Source: Cyanophora paradoxa CCMP329
Taxonomy: Eukaryota > Plantae > Glaucophyta
Reading direction: 5' to 3'
NCBI GenBank assembly: GCA_004431415.1
Contig: QPMI01000444.1
Location: forward strand, 62,001 to 126,000
Length of the DNA stretch: 64,000 nt
Made by a program: the position numbers and the translations under genes. Positions 59,613-64,000 of the stretch are shown piece by piece (positions within the stretch are counted from its first letter, which is position 1; every line of letters starts with the position of its first letter). The notes beneath the pieces were generated by a model. It saw nothing but the letters and a program-made list of their open reading frames with translations, searched no databases and had not been told where the DNA came from.

Positions 59613-60663
59613 CTGCGCATTGATAACAAGCAAACTAGCTGCGGACCTACGGGGAGCTGCAGTTGAATGCAGTCGCGGCTGCAATTGAACAAACACGGCC
59701 TGTGACACGCGTCTATGGGTACATGTACAGCACACACTACACGTATGGCATGCGCACGACTTCGACGCTGTGAACAAAGGGCGTGAGTCCTGGGGAACGG
59801 AGCCCCTCTATCCGGTCTACGCGCTAACCGGCGCCGCACAGGACTGTGGGCGGAAGAGGTTGGTGGTCAACCAACCGGAGGGAGAGCTAGCTCGCGGAGC
59901 TCAGCGGCTAGCTAGCTACAGCTAAAGCTGCAGGCGCTGCCTCTTCACCGGTGGCGGGGCCGCCGACGAGGAGCCGGGCGCCTCAGGTCTTCCATGGCCA
60001 GGAATCAGCAGCGCGTAAATTAAATTAAAGCAGCTGTGATGCGGTGATGCTGGTTTTACGGTACCCCCACGTTTAGCTGGAGCTGCTGAACAAGCGTTAG
60101 CGCTAGCGGCCCGGCGTGATCCGCCTCTAGATCTTCCAATCCCAGATGGCAACCTCAGGTCTTCCAGGAAGCGCTACGTATACGGGATATCGATGTTCGA
60201 ATTCGGGACCTTGCAATTGCTGCTGCAGGACTCCGGGAGCCGGATACGTATACCCCCGCTTGCAATTCGATCTAGTAAGCTTAAGTACACTATAATAGTG
60301 TCCGGCCAGCGCCAGCGCGAGCGCTAGCCCGAGCCGCTGAGCTCGATTAGCGCCACGACGCGGGCCTCTCGAGCTCATGATCAGGCAGCCTGCCGCAGTG
60401 CCAGCTGCAGGAATGTTTAGCTGGCCATGCATATGGCCACCAGCAAGCTGGCCAGCCGGGTCCTGAGTAACATAATGCAGCTAGGGAGTCCAATGCAACG
60501 AGTCATAGAATGACTCATAATGCGATCTAGATCGATATCCAGAGGGAGGGGGGAGAAGGGCTGGATCCTCGAGCTCAAAATGACAATAAGCTCATGATCG
60601 AAGTCCAACCCCGTCCAACGTCAGATTGATCAGATCAAGCACTTTAAGCAGGACAACTGGAAC

Positions 60664-63094
60664 CTACAGCCGCTTGGGGCGGAGCTCAAGGGCAGAGACA
60701 ACGAAAGCGATGATCCGCCCTTCTGCAACTTGGAGGATCTCCGACAGGATTTCGCTGGAGGGCGGCCCCTCCTTTCGCTCGTCCTTCTGCAGCATCGCAG
60801 CGCCAACACGGCTGGCCTCGGGGCCTGGAGGGACGAGGTACACAACGAAGCCCTAGTGCAGAACAATCAGCCACACAAGATTTGAGAGCTCGTAGGGCAA
60901 GCGGCAAACCTTGAAGAAAGATACACGTCCTTTGTCCTTCTCTGGGATGAAAACTGGGACACCCTTGTCTGCAAGACGGTCGAGGTCGATCGAGTACTGG
61001 CGGTCCACAACACAAGCTTTCTTGTCCTGTGCCATTTTCTCAACGAGAGCTTGGTAGCGTTGCCGGTTGTCTTCTTTGGTGCACGATGTAACACCCAGCA
61101 CTTGTCGTCTTTCAGCTTCAATGGGGTCTGCAGCATCGGCTTCAGTGCCAGCATCCGCCTCGAGGTAGACAGCAGCCTTGAGTTTCGCGGTCGTAGACGA
61201 AAAGCCCCCCAACCAGGTCGCAACCTAATCGCAGTTATTATCTGACTGTAAACATTGATACGTCACGCAGCATACCTTGTCAAAGGCCGTGGAACCGTCG
61301 ATTTTAAGGGTATCAGGGGGGACAGTGCCAGAGAGCAGGCAGCTGTCTGCAAGCCGAAGCTCATCCACCCAATGCCCACAGGCTCCGCGTGCCGCGTACG
61401 CTGATACGCGCACAGCTCCAACTGGAGTGTGGGTCGGATACCAGATCCAGCTGCGCTGGCTTCAGAAGAGCGCATGAACAATCTCAAGCGCACGCACCCT
61501 GTCCAAAGCTTCTTGCCGGGTTCGATGTCCACGGGGGCTGGTGGGCGGGGCAACGTGACAAGGTTTGCAGGCAGCTGGACGGGGGCAGCGGGCGCGGCTG
61601 GCGCAGCATGGGTGCGTTGATCGCGAGAGGACGCCACAGAGGACGCCGGAAGACCCCCCAGGGAGACGAGTGGTGCGGCAGTCGTGTCAGGCGTGGCGAT
61701 TAACTTTGCGATCTCATCCGCAGGGCGTTCGACTTCAATCAGGCCTTTATGCGACATTTTCATCACGTGCTTTCCTGGAAAAAGAGTCAGAAGAAGTCTC
61801 TTCGACACTGAAATATCATTAGGTACCATCTGCATCGTCTTCGGTAATCACGGCCTGCTTGAGCGAGCGCTCCCGAATCTCGTGCACGTAGGCCTGCTTT
61901 TCCGAGCTGGCCATCTCTTCAGAAGTGAGCCGAGGCACAGCCTCAGGGACAATCTCCCCCACGAGGATCTTGTGCGCGAGCTGGGTGTTCTTCCGAAGGT
62001 TGAAGGTGAGCGAGCGCGCCTTCATATTGTACTTTTTACCACCTGATGCGAGGGTTAGAGACACGAAAGCCGACTCAAACTGCGCACACACCATCCCCCC
62101 AGAGCTGGGCGTAGAGGGCGGCCTCCACCATTGCTGCAACGTGGTTGCAGGCGTCGGTCGCCTCGAGACGCGACCGCTCCAGTTGGTTCAGGCCGAGGAG
62201 TGCATTTTGGAAGGCGTCGTTGAGCTCGCACTGAACCTGCGGCCAGGTCATCCGGGCGCGATGCCAGCGGACAGCGAACGTCCGAACCTTAGAGCGGAAT
62301 GCTGTCTCATTAGCATCCTGTCCGCGAGATTGCTCGGATGCCATCTTCGCAAGTTTCGCTCGGTTCGAGGCAGATACACACTCCTCGCTGCAGAAGGCCT
62401 CGCCGGGTGCTGCCCTCTTCATGCACCCCAAACCCGCGCAGGTGCCCGGGGGCTTCGCGTCTTCGACGTCCCCGCTCGGCGAGGCCCGGCGGGGCTTGCG
62501 CCTGGCGGCATCGGATCCTGAGCCGCGCGGAGGTGCGCGTTTCCTGCTGGCGCTGCGCCGGGCGCCTCCGCCGTCCTCTTCGTCGTCTTCTTCCTCGTCG
62601 ATGTCGTCCGGCTCATCTGATTCAGCATCCTCATCCTCCTAACCGTGCTAATGTCAGCGATATTAAGCAAAAAAACGAACGCGAGCGGGCTCATGCCTCG
62701 GGGTGAAGGTACGCGAAGTCCGCATCAACCTTCGGTTTCGGCCTCCGCTTCGCTTTCTCGCGGTCGCCATCTGTCACACGAATAATGAAAACGACGAACA
62801 GCGGTATGATATCCGGCACAATGCGAGAACCGCTGGGACTGACCGGAGCTGGCCCGAGCAGGAACTCCGCCGCTTCCATCGCACCCCGGACAGAAAAACG
62901 TTTCGATCTTCTTAGCTTCGGCGGCGGTGATGCCGACACACTTAGGGTGGAACCTGGCGGAACGGGTTGGCTGCCGGCGTGCGCGACGCCGAGCCGCAGC
63001 GGGACTCTCACCAGTCGTTGCATTTGTCGCATTGAACCATCAGTTCGCCGCGCACATAGGGCCGCTGGCAGAGACAGAACAGCTGCTGCGGCAT
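60664..63094 (-). CDS. PHD finger - TFIIS-M - SPOC protein (BYE1/DIDO1/PHF3-like)
   Basis: MPQQLFCLCQRPYVRGELMVQCDKCNDW|FHPKCVG...FFCPGC; TFIIS-M KKYNMKARSLTFNLRKN...LTSEEMAS; SPOC-like LWTG...TLKIDG...LYLVPP; stop at 60664-60666. Confidence 0.85.
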
Positions 63095-64000
63095 CCTATC
63101 GGTTTGCTTCGGAAAATGAAAGCTGCACGACCCAGGCGCTCCTACAGTCTCGCCGCGGGCCTCCTACAGTCTCGCCGCACGACGAGCTGCGAAAGAAGCA
63201 GAACGCGGGGCTGCTGGCGTGGTTGCCCTGTACCCCGTCGTGAAAAAAGTGCCCTCGACTAGCGCTGTCCGTACGCCCCCGTCGCTCCCCCGAGCGCTGA
63301 AATCTGACGTGCGCTTGTTTATGCCTCCCGCACTGCGGCAGCTCTGGTGGAGAAGGTGCTGTGCAGCTGAGGCTGTAGCTGTACGATCTGCGATTACGAT
63401 CGTAATTAATTGGGGCGTCTCATCAGCTTTGATCTGCGATTACGATCGTAATTGGGGCGCATGCGTTTCAGTTGCAAGGGCCGCTTAGCTTCTCCGCTTT
63501 CGAGCTAGCTGCCGCCCGGCGGGCCGCTTAGCTTCTCCCGAGTCCGCTTTCGGGCTTCCGCTAGCGCCGCTAGGCCGCGCGCGGACCCGCGGTTCTCCGC
63601 TTTCGAGCTGCACCCCCCGTTACGGTGTAACTTCGTTCAACGTATACGTATACGGCGTACGTATACGTATACGAATTACGATCACATATCGATCTAGAAT
63701 TACGATCAGAACCACGGTTGCGGCTAAGAGGCCTAAGAGGCCCAGGCCGCGTTTGTTCAATTGCAAAGCGCTGGCCCGAGCGCCGGTCTGACGTACGCTT
63801 GGTTGCAGTGATCTCTCCGATGTCCGAAGGCGCCGGCACAACCTGGGCCCTCGCGTGAGTGTTGCGGCATACAAGGTGGTCCGGCATGATGCTCTAACAC
63901 AAGGCTAGGCTTCATGGGGGCGCGGGAGTCATCCATAAAACACTGGACGCGGAGCGCCGCGAAGAGTACGAACAAGAGCTCGCTCGCGCTCTTAACGTTG

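Noticed and set aside
59922-60152. Short ORF ending PPPVKRQRLQL (NLS-like) as last exon of the SPOC gene
   Set aside because: The SPOC gene already stops at 60664, and the intervening DNA is palindrome-rich intergenic sequence.

Overview
Eukaryotic nuclear DNA: very GC-rich, gene-dense, with many ~50-150 nt spliceosomal introns, so most long ORFs in the supplied track are GC-driven shadow frames. Plastid-targeted genes, one with an N-terminal 'MAF' transit peptide, suggest a glaucophyte alga such as Cyanophora (inference). Genes read by manual splicing: a partial LRR-like gene, an ABCG pseudogene fragment, a ~17 kb HECT E3 ligase, a Tat-targeted WCPHC TlpA-like thioredoxin, homogentisate phytyltransferase, an ADCY10-like cyclase-STAND protein, a Cys-rich vWA/IPT surface protein, nucleoredoxin, a TRIM45-like RING-Bbox-CC-filamin protein, an LRR protein, TDP1, an APH/choline-kinase-like enzyme, MRPL47, RPA2, an unknown gene and a PHD-TFIIS-SPOC (BYE1/DIDO-like) gene. 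A nest of mobile elements at 24.4-26.9 kb holds hAT-type MITEs with 8-bp TSDs and a tRNA-like SINE. The most novel signal is a stereotyped micro-insertion, xyz -> xyz-C-revcomp(xyz)-G-xyz (+8 nt) or xyz-revcomp(xyz)-xyz (+6 nt). It recurs through the non-coding DNA, is supported as an insertion in five places, and resembles the hairpin excision footprint of a 3-bp-TSD transposon. GC-AG introns are also unusually frequent, and there is a low-GC trough at ~56.4-62.9 kb. Exon boundaries are hand-read and approximate.
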